Below are positions 51,648-64,000 of a stretch of DNA of 64,000 bases, piece after piece (position 1 is the stretch's first letter; the number at the start of each line of letters is the position of its first letter). A program made the position numbers and the translations under genes. Origin of the DNA: Octopus sinensis (Eukaryota); assembly GCF_006345805.1 (NCBI RefSeq), contig NC_043019.1, positions 9,671,360-9,735,359 on the forward strand. The letters are read 5' to 3'. The notes under the pieces are model-generated. The model did not search any database. It was given only the letters and a program-made list of their open reading frames with translations, and was not told where the DNA came from.

Positions 51648-53381
51648 GATTACAGGCAGGAAAACAGAGAAGGTAGACTTTACATGTAGCAGTTATGCAG
51701 AAACAATAACTACTAAGAGCACATGTGAAATACTAGAAATTCTAGAGAGTTGCCTGGCCACCTGCAGTGCCCATGTAGCTCCCTAGAAGAGTTTATAGCT
51801 TCTGCCTAGCAGCATAGTAGCCAGAGTATGAACTAGTCAAAAATGAATAGTGAACTGGCAACAGAGGACTTTTCCATCCCTCAAAGCAAATGGCAGATGG
51901 TATGATGCTGTATTATAGTGAGAGATGATTCATGAATCTTTGAAGATGAGAAAGAAATGTTCCACTGCAGGCTTACTTCATTTGTAATGATAGAGTGTAT
52001 ATATAATGGAGCACTAATTAACTGACAGATGTAGTGTGCAAAAGAGAAGACTGTGTTGGTATGAGCATGAGATGTGTATGGAGAAGGACAGCTGTATAAT
52101 GAGGTGCTGCATGCTCAAAGTATTTACAACCTGAAAAAGTGAGATATCAAGAAAGACTTGGAGCAAAGTAATAAAGACAATCTGAAGTTGGTGACACTCA
52201 CAGAGGAGGTGACAAAAGAACATTGTTAATTGATAGCATTCTGTAGGAGAGAAGACTTACCTGCCTATCCAGGCAGGATAAAACAAATGTTAAAATGTAT
52301 GTACATGTATGTATTTCTATGTAAATACATATATGTAGATGTGTGTGTGTGTGTACACACACAAACACACACTGCCAGGGCTATATCTTTGACCCCCTTG
52401 ATAGCATCTCATTCTTCTCCAATTGTTCTTATCATTCAAGTGTCTGTTATTCATCCTGCTGTCACCCAGGTCTCTGTTACCTTTACTCATGTCTCTAGTA
52501 CTTGGTCCATGTTACTCACTTTCTCACCTCTTCATTCTCTCATTGTGTTACTCTCTATTAAGAGTAGGCTTGGAAGGACCTTTTATTCTTGCCAAAGATG
52601 CAACAGATTTTCTAGCGTTATCTGTCTGTCTATCTGTAATGTGTGTGTGTGTGAGATCATCATTTCACGTCCACTTTCCATGCTGACATAGGTTCAATAG
52701 CTTGACAGAAACCGGCAAGCCAGAGGGCTGCACCAGGCTTTACTCTCTCTTTTGCCATGGTTTTTACAGCTGGATGCCTTTCCTAATGCCAACCACTTTA
52801 CAGAGTAGCATGAGTGCTTTTTACATGACATCAGCACTGGTGAGGTCTGCTTTGGCTTGATTTTTACAACTGGATGACATCACACACACACACACATACA
52901 CAAACACATATATTCAGATAAAGAAGGTAGTTAGAATTTGAATAAAAACTATTTATCTGGCATTGTTGTCTCTCACAAAATAAATCCTAACAACCTTCTT
53001 ATTCTTACTATATAAAATTTATACACCAATTCAAACAATCTATGCATATGTATCTATGTGTGCCTGTATTGCCCAGGCTATTGGCTGTTCTTATATTCTG
53101 CTAGTCACAATGCACTTCCTTGCATCGTTTTAGCTTTCAAATGATGCCGCCTTGCTGGTTTGAAGAGCAGGCCAACATTCACTACTAAATAGAATGCTAG
53201 TCTGTTACAGGGTTACCTTTTAACAAAGGACTGAATTGGAACAACATAAAATGAAGAGCTTTACTAAGAACACAATGTACTCTACTGGTTTAAGAATCAA
53301 GACAATAATTTTGCACACACACACAGATTTGTGTATGTATTTATAAATATACATACATATATATGTATGTATATATATATA

Positions 53382-53419
<38 letters not shown>

Positions 53420-54184
53420 TTGTATATGTATGTAAATATGTGTATTATGTTTGTGCATTGTATTGTAAAATAGGTGCAGAAATGGCTGTGTGGCTAAGAT
53501 GCTTTCTTTGCAACTATGTAGTTTCACTCATTGGACTGCAGCAATGCTGGGGCATCACCTTAAAGGGTTCAGTTGAATAAATCAACCTCAGTAATTTTTT
53601 AAAGCCTTATACTTCTATTAGTCTCCTTTGCCAACAAACAGAGACATAAACAAACCAACACTAGTTATCAAGCAGTGGTGGAGGAGAAACACAAGCACAA
53701 TTTTTTTTTTTTTTTCATGTTACACTAGGAAGCATTGCATGGTACCAGAATTTTTTCAAATTGAGTCAAATATAACAAACTACTCCAAATTGTTGTTAGA
53801 GTATTCACATAGGTGGAGTCAAGACCGACCAGTTTGTACTGGCATCAAGTTGCATTCGTTGTAATAATGAAGTCAAACCAAATAGGGATCTTTTGAAATC
53901 CTTTAGCATGTATGTTTCAGGCTTGTGTAATATATTTATATAACAAAACAGCAGAACAGAAACATTTTTTTATGTTATTTATTAGTTTTTCCAATCACCT
54001 GCTTTTTACATGTAATTACTCTATAAAAACTATTTTCCTGCATTTTTCAGCTCTTATGCACACCTCACACAATTTTAACTTCTACATGCAATTTTGGAAT
54101 ACTGAAATATGCAGATATGCTTCATGAAAACATAGCTGGATTTTAATCCTATCTACATACTATATATGCATTTATATATACATC

Positions 54185-54242
<58 letters not shown>

Positions 54243-54270
54243 ATTAGGATAAAAAGGAACACACGAGTTG

Positions 54271-54755
54271 ATATATATGGAAAAACAAGTCAAGATAGAA
54301 AATGCTAAAATAATTTTATAAAGAACATTTCAGTACTGGTTTCAGTCATTTTGAGACCTTTTCAACTGTAACGATTAAATAATTAAATTTAGAAAAATTA
54401 AAAGAAAAGTTTTTTAAAAGAATATTTGTATAGTGTTCAAATATAAGTGGCATTCTGCCTTTCTCTGTCGCTCTTGTTTACACTTGTGGGTTCGAGGTCG
54501 TTGTGAATTCATAACGACCTCGAACCCACAAGTGTAAACAAGAGAGACAGAGAAAGGCAGAAACAAAGAAAATGCCACTTATATTTGAACACTATACAAA
54601 TATTCTTTTAAAAAACCTTTTCTTTTAATTTTTCTAAATTTAATTATTTAATCGTTACAGTTGAAAAGGTCTCAAAATGACTGAAACCAGTACTGAAATG
54701 TTCTTTGTAAAATTATTTTAGCATTTTCTATCTTGACTTGTTTTTTCATATATAT
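54271..54755. mobile_element. 485-bp near-perfect palindrome (inverted pair of Penelope-like LTR-type units)
   Basis: Arms of about 237 bp centred on GAA|TTC (54507/54508) with no loop, about 5 substitutions, and 10-nt plus 1-nt insertions in the right arm. It is flanked by (TA)n. Each arm has a hammerhead-like core. Confidence 0.92.
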
Positions 54756-55687
54756 ATATATATATATATAACTGGCTTCCTTCAGTTTCCATCTAAGAAA
54801 TCCACTCACAAGGATCAGGGCTATAGTAGAGGTCACTTGTTCAAGGTGCCACACAGTGGAACTGAACTCAGAGCCTTCTTACCACACAGCCATGCCTCAC
54901 CTATGTGTGTGTGTGTATGTATGTATGTATATGTATGTATATATATATATATATATTATATATATATATAATATATATATATGTATATATGTATAATGTA
55001 TGTATGTATGATGTCTGTATGTACACACACACACACATATATATATATATGCATGTATGCATACATACGCATGCATATAGATACTTGCTCACGCAGACAC
55101 ATACACTCACCCCTGTACATATATAATCTTTAGATTTCTTGATATACATTCTTTAATCCTTGCAAAAGCTTAGACAATTGAAAACAATTATGAAAATCTT
55201 TAAGTTCTGTTTTTCAAATTTTATTTTTACTTGCAATTTCAGTTTTCTGTTCCTTTCTGTCATTTAAAAAAAAATTCAATTTTTACCTGTTTTTACATAT
55301 TCAGATCATTAAAATATTCTTTAGTAATTATTTGTTTTTGAATGAAAATTTCTCTGTTTCATATATTACATCTAGCTAATCTTGATTTATTTGTTCATAA
55401 TATATTGATTATATTCATTAATACAATATTAACAAAATTAGTTACAACAAAAATTATCAAATATTTGTATTTATTTTTCTTTTGCCATTGTTGTTGTCAT
55501 TGTTGCTATTGTTAATGCTTTTTTAAAACTCTATTGTTGTTTAATTGTTTATTTTTTTTTTCTTTTGCTATTGCTGCTTTTAATGTTTTTTATTTTGTTT
55601 TTGTTTTTCCCAACCAAGTTGTTATGTGCATGGCTGCTTATTTTAAAACCTCTCCCTTTAATATTTGTCTTCAGTCAGTGTACGTAT

Positions 55688-55734
<47 letters not shown>

Positions 55735-56382
55735 TATACACACATACTTGTATGTTGTGCATTTATACCCATTTTCAGTCTTTTCTGTATCCTTCAAACC
55801 TTGCCTGAACAAACCTTTTTATTTCTATAATGCTACGTATTGTCAGAAATCCTCCTTTTTATTGCTGCAATTATTGTTGTTGTCATTATCATCCTCTTCC
55901 TTGTTATTGTAGTTGTTGCTTTTCCTGCTACCGCTCCCCTAGACTTGATCCTCCTACCCTTGATTCTGCTACAGTGCTTCGTTTATGTATCCATGTGAGT
56001 GCATGTATTCATATCTATGTTTGCATGTTCATGAGTATGTGTGTGTATGTGCCAGTGGATGTAATTTTTTTTTCCTTTTCTTCTCTCCTTTCTTTCCTTT
56101 CCTTTTATTGATGCCATCCTAACTTTCCTTGACTATGTATCAGTCACATGCAATTTACACACCACATACTAAACATGCATTGATTTACATAAACAAAGAC
56201 CTCGAGAGCATCTACCAGTGGAGTCCTGCTAACCTGCTCGCTTTCAACAGCAAAAGAAAAAAACATGAAAACCCCAAATTTATGCAGTGGTGGATGGATG
56301 GATGAGATATATAAGTTAACAAATGGTTGATAGATAAAATAGCAAAACAGACATATATTTATATGTATGCCTATATACATAC

Positions 56383-56439
<57 letters not shown>

Positions 56440-56469
56440 CGCACACATGTTAAGAATATGCAAACATTT

Positions 56470-57530
56470 TTGACTACTTGTACTACTTTTGTGTTGTTGG
56501 CATAGCTAGTAAGTGTGGCTGCCTGTGTAACTGATGGCTTGTCTGAAAGAGCCCCGATGAACAGCAGCAGCCCCAATACAGTTCCCTGAGAAACTTCACC
56601 TCTATTATTGTCTCCTTTGAGAGGGCTCCATTGGCTGTCACAGCCTGGCTTCTGTCTTTTAAGAAGTCATACAACCTTTCTCCAAGTTTCCTGGCTATGC
56701 TGAGTTTCCATAGCTTGTTACATATCATCCTATGATCAACTTTATCAAAGGCCTTTGCAAAGTCAAGATATATTACATCCACTTTTGAGCGATTCATTAA
56801 TTGTTTCAACAATCAGTCATAATGCTACAAAAGCTGTGTAAGGTAGCTTCTGCCTGAGTGGAAGCCATGCTGGGTGTCAGGGAGCAAGTCATTATCTTGA
56901 AGGAATGCAATGAGTTTCTTCCTGACAATGCATTCCATGACTTTGCTGACATGGGAGGTTAGAGAGACAGTTCTATAATTTTTAGCATCTGCTCTGCTAC
57001 CTCTTTTATGGACAAGCATATCATGCATCCTTTAACTTTTTGGGAAGTCTCCCAGTTGCAAGGAAGCTCTGGAGAGAATCTGAAGTGGTCTCAATAGACC
57101 CCTTTACATTTCTTTAGGATGATTACTGGGAATCCATCAGGGCCTGTAGCTGAATTTGAGCTCATTTTATCAATGGCTGATATCCCATCAGTTTTCTCTA
57201 TTTGGATGCCAACAATAATTGCCCTTTCTTTGTGTAGAGCTGTGGTGCCAAAGAACCCATCAGGCACAGCTACTTGCAAGTGCCCCACTGCAGTGGTGAA
57301 AGCTCTTCTATTGCACATTCAGTATTTCGCTGACCTTCTGGGAGTCTGCAGCCAGTGAGCCATTTTCTCTGAATAGGGGCCCTATTTTGTACCATACTGA
57401 AGCAGACTCTTTTGCATATCTATACAAATCTTTGTGGTTTGTCTTAATGTTTTTGACAGCCCTGGCTTCTTTTTGTGCCCTCTCCTTTTCATGTGTTTCA
57501 CTTATTTTCCATCTCAAGCAATGTTTCTTT
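56470..57530 (-). pseudogene. CR1-group LINE reverse transcriptase relic
   Basis: SATGPDGFP; HKRGSRADAKNYRTVSLTSHVSKVME..QHGFHSGRS; VDVIYLDFAKAFDKVDH; LGLLLF..LTSYANNTKV (YADD decayed). The motifs are collinear but frameshifted. Confidence 0.95.
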
Positions 57531-57648
57531 GAGATAGGATCGTTTGTTATCCCTTAGTGACCCATTTAGATGGCTTGACACTTTTTGCTTGTCATCTCAT
57601 TACAATCCTCCTATCACAGAAAATTATATTTTTCTGTTGGTTTGGCAT

Positions 57649-57686
<38 letters not shown>

Positions 57687-57809
57687 CATATATACAAGAA
57701 TTAAAGGCAACTATAGTATAATAAATATTATTGAATACATATACTAAAGTATATGCTTTGTGTATTTTCTGGTAGCTGCAATAGCATAGCAGAGTATATG
57801 ACTCTTATG

Positions 57810-57986
57810 ACATCAGTGTTAAAATACCTCACTTGGGTTGAAAGCAAGTCACCTGGCCAGTTCAATGACATATGCTCATGGCTTGTAAAATCCAGGCATA
57901 CCAGCTCATGATTTTCCAAGCCATGAGCATATAAGTCATTGGAATGGCTAGGTGACTCGCCTTTAACCCAAGTGGGTACATGATGT
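57810..57986. mobile_element. Fold-back/MITE-like palindrome (arms of about 68 bp, 17-nt loop)
   Basis: TACCTCACTTGGGTTGAAAGCAAGTCACCTGGCC...GCTCATGGCTTG versus CAAGCCATGAGC...GGCTAGGTGACTCGCCTTTAACCCAAGTGGGTA, about 85% complementary. Confidence 0.85.
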
Positions 57987-58280
57987 TGAAAAGCCACAGA
58001 GATTGTGAAACATCAATGTCCATCACACCCAATTAGGATTGAGGGTGAGATACCTCAACTATCCATGAATCTAAGGTGTTTTAGCTAAGGCAACATGAGA
58101 GTTATATACTCCTCTACACTATTGCAGTCACTGGAAAATACACAAAGCAAATACGTTAGTATTTAATAATATATATTTATATATCCTTATCATCATTTAA
58201 CGACCATTATCCATGCTGGCATGGGTTGGATGGTTAGACTGGGATGACCTACTGGAAGGCTGCACCAGGCTCCAGTTCTG

Positions 58281-58698
58281 AAGCACTTTGTGAGATGCAG
58301 TGAGATGAAAACACCCCAACCTGTGGAAAAGTGGAAAGTGATGGTTTCATCATGACAATGCATCTGTGCCCATCGCCTTGGGTGGGTGTAAGACAGTTGT
58401 TTACTAAAAATAACATGACCCCTACTTACCCACCCTCCCTGTTCACCTGATCTTGCTTCCTGCAACATTTTTTGATGCAGAAAGTCCTTAAAGGGAAACG
58501 TTTTGTAGATGTGGCAGAGGTGAAGAAAAAATGACAGAAGTGTTAAAAGACAATCACTTCACAAGGGTTCCAAGACTGCTTCAAACAATGGAAAATGTAT
58601 CTGGACTGCAACTGGAGAATACTTTCAAAACGATAAAGGTAAAATTAAGTGAATAAATAATATTGCAAAATTCCAGTTTCATTTGAGTACTCCATCAT
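58281..58698 (+). mobile_element. Mariner transposase 3' relic with right TIR
   Basis: Frameshifted WFHHDNAS..HPPCSPDLASCN..LKGKRFVDVAEVKK..GEYFQND. The TIR AAATTCCAGTTTCATTTGAGTACTCCATCATA ends in TA. Confidence 0.85.
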
Positions 58699-58925
58699 AT
58701 TTATATTAGTGGTTGACGTTAGGAAGGGCATCCAGCTGTAGAAACTCTGCCAGGTCAGACTGGAGCCTGATGCAGCCATCTGGCTTGCCAATCCTCAGTC
58801 AAACCATCCAACCCATGACAGCATGGAAAGCAGATGTTAAACGATGATGATGTTGATTTATTATATATATAGAGAGAGAGAGAAAGAGAGAGCGAGAGAT
58901 ACATACACACACATACATATATAGT

Positions 58926-59230
58926 TGTTAGGCTTAATGGTTAGGGTAATTGTCTCATGACCTTAAGGTCACAAGTTCGATTCCCTGAGGTGCATTGTGA
59001 CCTTGAGCAGGACACTTTATTTCACTTTATTGCTCCAGTCCACTCAGCTGGCAAAAATGGGTAGTACCTGTAATTCAAAGAGTCGAACTTGTCACATTCT
59101 GTCTCCTGCTGAATCTCCCTGAGAACTACATTTAAGGTACACCTGTCTGTGGTGTACTCAGCCATTTGCATGTTAATTTCACAGGCAGGATATTCCATTG
59201 ACTGCATCAACTGTAACCCTCATTGTCATA
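58926..59230 (+). mobile_element. tRNA-head SINE with conserved central domain
   Basis: A-box AGGCTTAATGG, B-box GTTCGATTCC, core GTGACCTTGAGCAGGACACTTT...GCTCCAGTCCACTCAGCTGGCAAAAATGGGTA. Confidence 0.8.
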
Positions 59231-59301
59231 ACTAGCAATATGCCAGTTTTTTTCTTGTCTTCACGATGTATTTACACAAAAGCAGGGGAGAAACAAGTAC
59301 G

Positions 59302-60346
59302 TCATTTTTCTATATAGTCTCCTTCCTTTTTGATGCACTTGGTCCAACGGTCCACAAGTTTGTGTATTTCCTCCAAGAAGAAGGTTTTCAGTTGGTCATG
59401 CAACTATTTAGGCACCTCTTCATTCACATCTTCATCCATAGGAAATGAACAACCTCGTAAACCATCTTTGAGCAGTCCAAAGTTATAATAGTCAGAAAGG
59501 GTGAGATGTAGGCTGTAGGCAGGTGATACAGCACCTCAAAACCCAATTGGTTAATGGTTTCAACAGTCTGGGTGTCCATGTGTGGGCATACATTGTCATG
59601 CAACAACAAAACTTTCTTCGACAATAGGCTTCAGCATTTGGTACGAATTGCTGGCTTCAGTTTGTTGGCCAGCAAAGCACTGTTGATTGTACACCCCTTT
59701 TCTTGGTAGTATAGGCCCTTTTGAGTCCCCCAAAAAAGGTTAGCATCACTTTTCCCACAGAAGACTGAGTCTTGAATTTCTTTGTTGCTCGTGAGCCAGG
59801 ATGTTTCCATTACATACTCTCTCTCCTGGATTCTGCCTCATAATGATGGGCACACGTTTCATTTCCTGTGACTAAGTTCCTTGCTCTTATTGTTGTAGTG
59901 ATTGAGTAAATGTTGGCAGACCTCAAGATGTTTGCACTTGTGCTCTGCAGTGAGCTCTCTTGGTATTCATCTTGCACAGACTTTATTGAAGCCAAGCTCA
60001 TCATGGATGATTTGATAGGCAGAATCATGACTAATCTGCAGAGAACGAGCTACCTCATCGATGATAACTCACTGGTTCACCATTACCATCAATCAAGCTT
60101 GCTGAATCTTCTCATCAGTGGTGGAGGTTGCCGGGCATCCTGCTCCATTCTTCGTGTGTTACGTTTGTCCAGCCACTTTGAAGCTTTGTGATCCATTCAC
60201 ACACAATTCTACATAGTACTGCACTGTCCTCTGAATAGTACTAAAAGCCTCTGATGAATTTCAGCACCTGACATACCTTTCAACCAGAGAAATCGGATCA
60301 CTGTGCTTTGTTCCTCTTTGGTGCACATTGCTAGAGAAGTGGCCAT
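59302..60346 (-). pseudogene. Full-length mariner (DD34D) transposase pseudogene
   Basis: Starts MATSLAMCTKEEQSTVIRFLWLKG (ATG at 60346), then VTGNETCAHHYE, LLLHDNVCPH, YS..SDYY, and ends KLVDRWTKCIKKEGDYIEK* (stop 59302-59304). Spans about 1045 nt with stops and frameshifts. A 5' TIR lies at about 60480-60504; the 3' TIR is lost. Confidence 0.93.
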
Positions 60347-60588
60347 GATTACACTGTAAAGCCAGAAAGAAAAATGGCATGATCAGGCTCGAACTTCGAT
60401 CACATGACCACAATAGTACCAACTATAATCATGCATGCGCAGAAAGCAGTGTGGCAATAACAAAGATATGTTATGGTGCAGATAATTTTTGACTTCCCTT
60501 TGTGTGTGAGTGTGTATGAATATATATATATAATATATATGTGTATATATGCAATATACGTATATTATGTATATATAATATGTGTATG

Positions 60589-60623
<35 letters not shown>

Positions 60624-60647
60624 ATGTATATATATATATATATATAT

Positions 60648-60845
60648 CAGCCCCGCCTGGCACCTGTGCAGGTGGCACGTAAAAAGCACCCACTACACTC
60701 ACGGAGTGGTTGGCGTTAGGAAGGGCATCCAGCTGTAGAAACATTGCCAGATTAGACTGGAGCCTGGTGCAGCCTTCTGGCTTCCCAGAACCCCGGTCGA
60801 ACCGTCCAACCCATGCTAGCATGGAGAACGGACGTTAAACGACGA

Positions 60846-60896
<51 letters not shown>

Positions 60897-61192
60897 TATA
60901 TATGCAATATATGTATATTATGTATACATAATATGTGTATGTATATATGTGTGTGTGTGTGTGTGTGTGTATGTATATATATATATATATATATCAGCCC
61001 CGCCTGGCACCTGTGCAGGTGGCACGTAAAAAGCACCCACTACACTCACGGAGTGGTTGGCGTTAGGAAGGGCATCCAGCTGTAGAAACATTGCCAGATT
61101 AGACTGGAGCCTGGTGCAGCCTTCTGGCTTCCCAGAACCCCGGTCGAACCGTCCAACCCATGCTAGCATGGAGAACGGACGTTAAACGACGA

Positions 61193-61196
<4 letters not shown>
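60648..61196 (+). repeat. 347-bp tandem duplication containing two identical SINE 3' portions
   Basis: 60648-60849 and 60995-61196 are identical by eye and are separated by microsatellite-derived spacers. Confidence 0.95.
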
Positions 61197-61238
<42 letters not shown>

Positions 61239-61360
61239 TGCGTATATATGCAATATATGTATATTATGTATACATAATATGTGTATGTATATATGTGTGT
61301 GTGTGTGTGTGGTGTGTGTATACTTATATATATGCAGTATATGTATGCAAAAGCTAGATT

Positions 61361-61610
61361 TTGTTGCCAGTTCTCTTCTTTCATTGCATAAACGATCTAC
61401 TTGCTGATACATTCAACTATGCCAAGTTTTATATTAATAGTATGACTCAACTTTCTTGGACTGTGTATCATTCGTATGCAATCTGCACACCACACATTAA
61501 ATTTGCATTGACTTACATAAAGAAAGAACTTAAGAGTATCTTCCTGTGTTACTCTATCAATCATCTCTCTTTTAACGGCAATAAATCTCAAGCACTACTT
61601 GAAAACATGG
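61361..61610 (+). pseudogene. L2/CR1-group LINE RT relic (domains 4-7)
   Basis: PVLFFHCINDL ... KELKSIFL..NHLSFNGNKSQ resembles PxLFxIFINDL ... DLxxI..N.xxFNxxKTQ. Confidence 0.7.
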
Positions 61611-63078
61611 ATGGACTGATACTGTACCTTCTACAACAATGACTATTCACTCATTTTTTGATAATGACATTTTTCTCAAATTCATAAACCAATACACACA
61701 CACACACCACACACACACACACGTATATATATATGTATAACATCATCATCATCATTATCCTCATCCTATAACGTCCATTTCCCATGCTGGCACAAGTTGG
61801 ACAGTTCATCTAGAGCTGGTAAGCCCAAGAGATGTACTAGGTTCCAGTCTGATTTGGCTTGGTTTCTATGGATGATGCCCTTCCTAATGTCAACCACTTT
61901 ACACTGTACACTTGCTGTTTTTAATGTGGCACCAGTACAAGTGCTCTTACATGGCACTGATATGAGTGCTTTTTACATAAAACTGACACAGAGCTCTTGT
62001 AGGCCAGTCCTCTTTATCAGAGGCAGTGACCTTAATGCTTCTGCTGTGGACAACAAGTTTTCTTGAGTACAGCTAGGTGCCAGATAGCACAGTTGTTTGT
62101 CATCTCCCCCAAAAGGTCCAGTATCCAGTACTTCAGTACTTCATCCCATATCTTCCTGGGTCTCCCTCTATGAGTTCCATCCACATTCAGTAATCAGCAC
62201 TTCCTTATGGAGCTGTCAACATCCTATACTAGTTTGCTTATATGACACACACACACACACACACACACATATATTTACTACAAAATAGGAAAAATGTATA
62301 CAATAAAATTTGTGTGTGTGTGTGTGTGTGAAAGATACTATAATGGCCTCTGCTCCTTGAAGTTGACTTATCTCATACCTCCACTCGGGCACTGCCAACC
62401 TACTTGACTCTTCCCCTTTCATCCTCTTGGTGCATCCAGCTCCTTTCTCTTTACTTTGTCTTTGCTGTGGATGTTGACCAGCAGCAATTTAATGAGAGCA
62501 TTAATTGTCTCAGCCGCGCAAGTCTCGGGGCCAAAAAGCCTGATAGACTCTACACTTTCATCCAGACTCAGCAAGTAAAACAAGAAAATATAAATGGGTT
62601 TTTTTTCTTTCTTGTTTTCTTTCTTTCATTTCTCAATATTATACTAAAATATGAATTCCTGCCTATTCCCTAGAATGCAATAAGATGTGACAGAAGTAGG
62701 GAAGGGAATTGCAGAAACTTGAAGCACGGAACAAATACAAGAGAGAGAAAATATGAATTGGTCAATGAACTTATTGTGACATCCATATGATTAGACAGAC
62801 CTCAAATAACAGTTTCAGTAACTGATCTTTTGTGATGGGAATCTTTTTTCTAATAGGAATTATTATTTATAGTTAGAGTGTAAAATTTGAAAAATCACTA
62901 CTGTTGGACTATTTCTTACATAACTATAAAATAATTTTGGAATTATAGTCCCTGCAGAGAATATATTGTAATAAGCAAAGGACAATTATTTCAACATAGT
63001 TTGGTCTCTTCCAGCATCAGTACAATCAGATTCAAACTTGTTCTCTCAGACTGAATTTTTCTGAGTCATTACATGTAA

Positions 63079-63136
63079 TAAATCACCTGATGGTGTAGAT
63101 TTGGTATTAAATCACCTGATGGTGTCAATTTGGTAA
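63079..63136. repeat. 29-bp tandem duplication
   Basis: taaatcacctgatggtgtagatttggtat / taaatcacctgatggtgtcaatttggtaa. Confidence 0.9.
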
Positions 63137-64000
63137 TTGGTATTTGTAAAACCATTTTTAATACCTCATTCATGTAAATTCTTAATACCTTGTTTTAGTC
63201 TTATTTTTTTACATTTGAAACCCAAATCCTTTTTAAGTCAGTAAACTAAAATAGATGCCATCAGTATACTGCTATCCGTTATACAACATCATATCTGGCT
63301 AAGACCATGAAGAAATTATTTTAAAAAGTGAGTGGGACAATCCTATTGTAACCATTTTGTCCTGTTATCTAATTTTCAATTTATCAATTACACTTAAATC
63401 AAACAGTAATTTATCAATAACTGTAAGTTTAGAGATATTTTGCTACTATTTTAAGGTAAGCCAGTGACCATGAAGAGGCCTCCTCAGTGGCATTTGAGAA
63501 TTGATTGCTTTTTGACAGATATATAATTGCTGGTGACAGGATATGAACAACTGCTCATTTAGTTATTTCTCCTGAAACTTAACATAGCACCCTGTCTCCT
63601 CAGACTATTCCTGAAATCTGACTTAACATAATTGCCCAGACCTCTATGCTGAGGTGAGGAGGATGATATATTTTGACATTCATCACAATAGACAAAGATG
63701 TAGTTCGCTGGTGAGCTGAACCCAAAACGTTTTCTTTTGTTTCCAACTTGAACTATTTTAATTCATCTAGGTCACTTAGTGACTTTGGGAGTTGTGACTA
63801 GAAAATTTGCAGTCAAATGCTGGAGTCAGTCTCATTGACCATATACTCCCCACATATTTTGGTCCTGTTAGAAACTATTGTTAATTTGTGGGACAAGATA
63901 GAATTGGTAGCACCCCTGATGAAGTGATTTGTAGGCTTTTTTTAGTACTTTCTGAGTTCAAATCACACTATAGTCAATTTTGTTTTTTATTCTTCAGAGA

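Noticed and set aside
60648-61196. CRISPR-like repeat-spacer appearance of the tandem unit
   Set aside because: Eukaryotic DNA, units of about 350 bp, similar rather than unique spacers, and no cas genes; it is a SINE duplication.
63533-63560. GGATATGAA (GYE) resembling the start of the next cpo/RBPMS exon
   Set aside because: The AG is in the wrong register and the following codons (QLLI) do not match GSLLKV. The next exon is probably beyond the window.

Overview
AT-rich, microsatellite-dense eukaryotic DNA whose repeat content fits an octopus (coleoid cephalopod) genome; the species assignment is an inference. Almost the whole window appears to be intronic or upstream sequence of one large + strand gene. 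The only securely coding segment is a 78-nt exon (48541-48618) encoding [26 protein letters not shown], the start of the RRM of the couch potato/RBPMS family. I propose a candidate upstream first coding exon (31741-31773, MVEENLPSAFW, in frame) with initiator-like motifs near 31086. I did not find the next exon in the window. Nearly all long ORFs in the supplied track are microsatellite artefacts. The rest is decayed mobile DNA: Penelope-like retroelements (RT and GIY-YIG relics, plus LTR-like pieces with degenerate minimal hammerhead ribozyme motifs), RTE and CR1/L2-group LINE relics, tRNA-derived SINEs, mariner and maT transposase pseudogenes, hAT-type MITEs and at least five long fold-back palindromes. 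The best leads are (1) an intronic stretch about 250 nt upstream of the RRM exon that can base-pair with it, a candidate ADAR editing-complementary sequence, (2) a 485-bp palindrome carrying two opposed hammerhead-like cores, and (3) the candidate alternative N-terminal exon. All alignments and translations were done by eye, so repeat boundaries are approximate.
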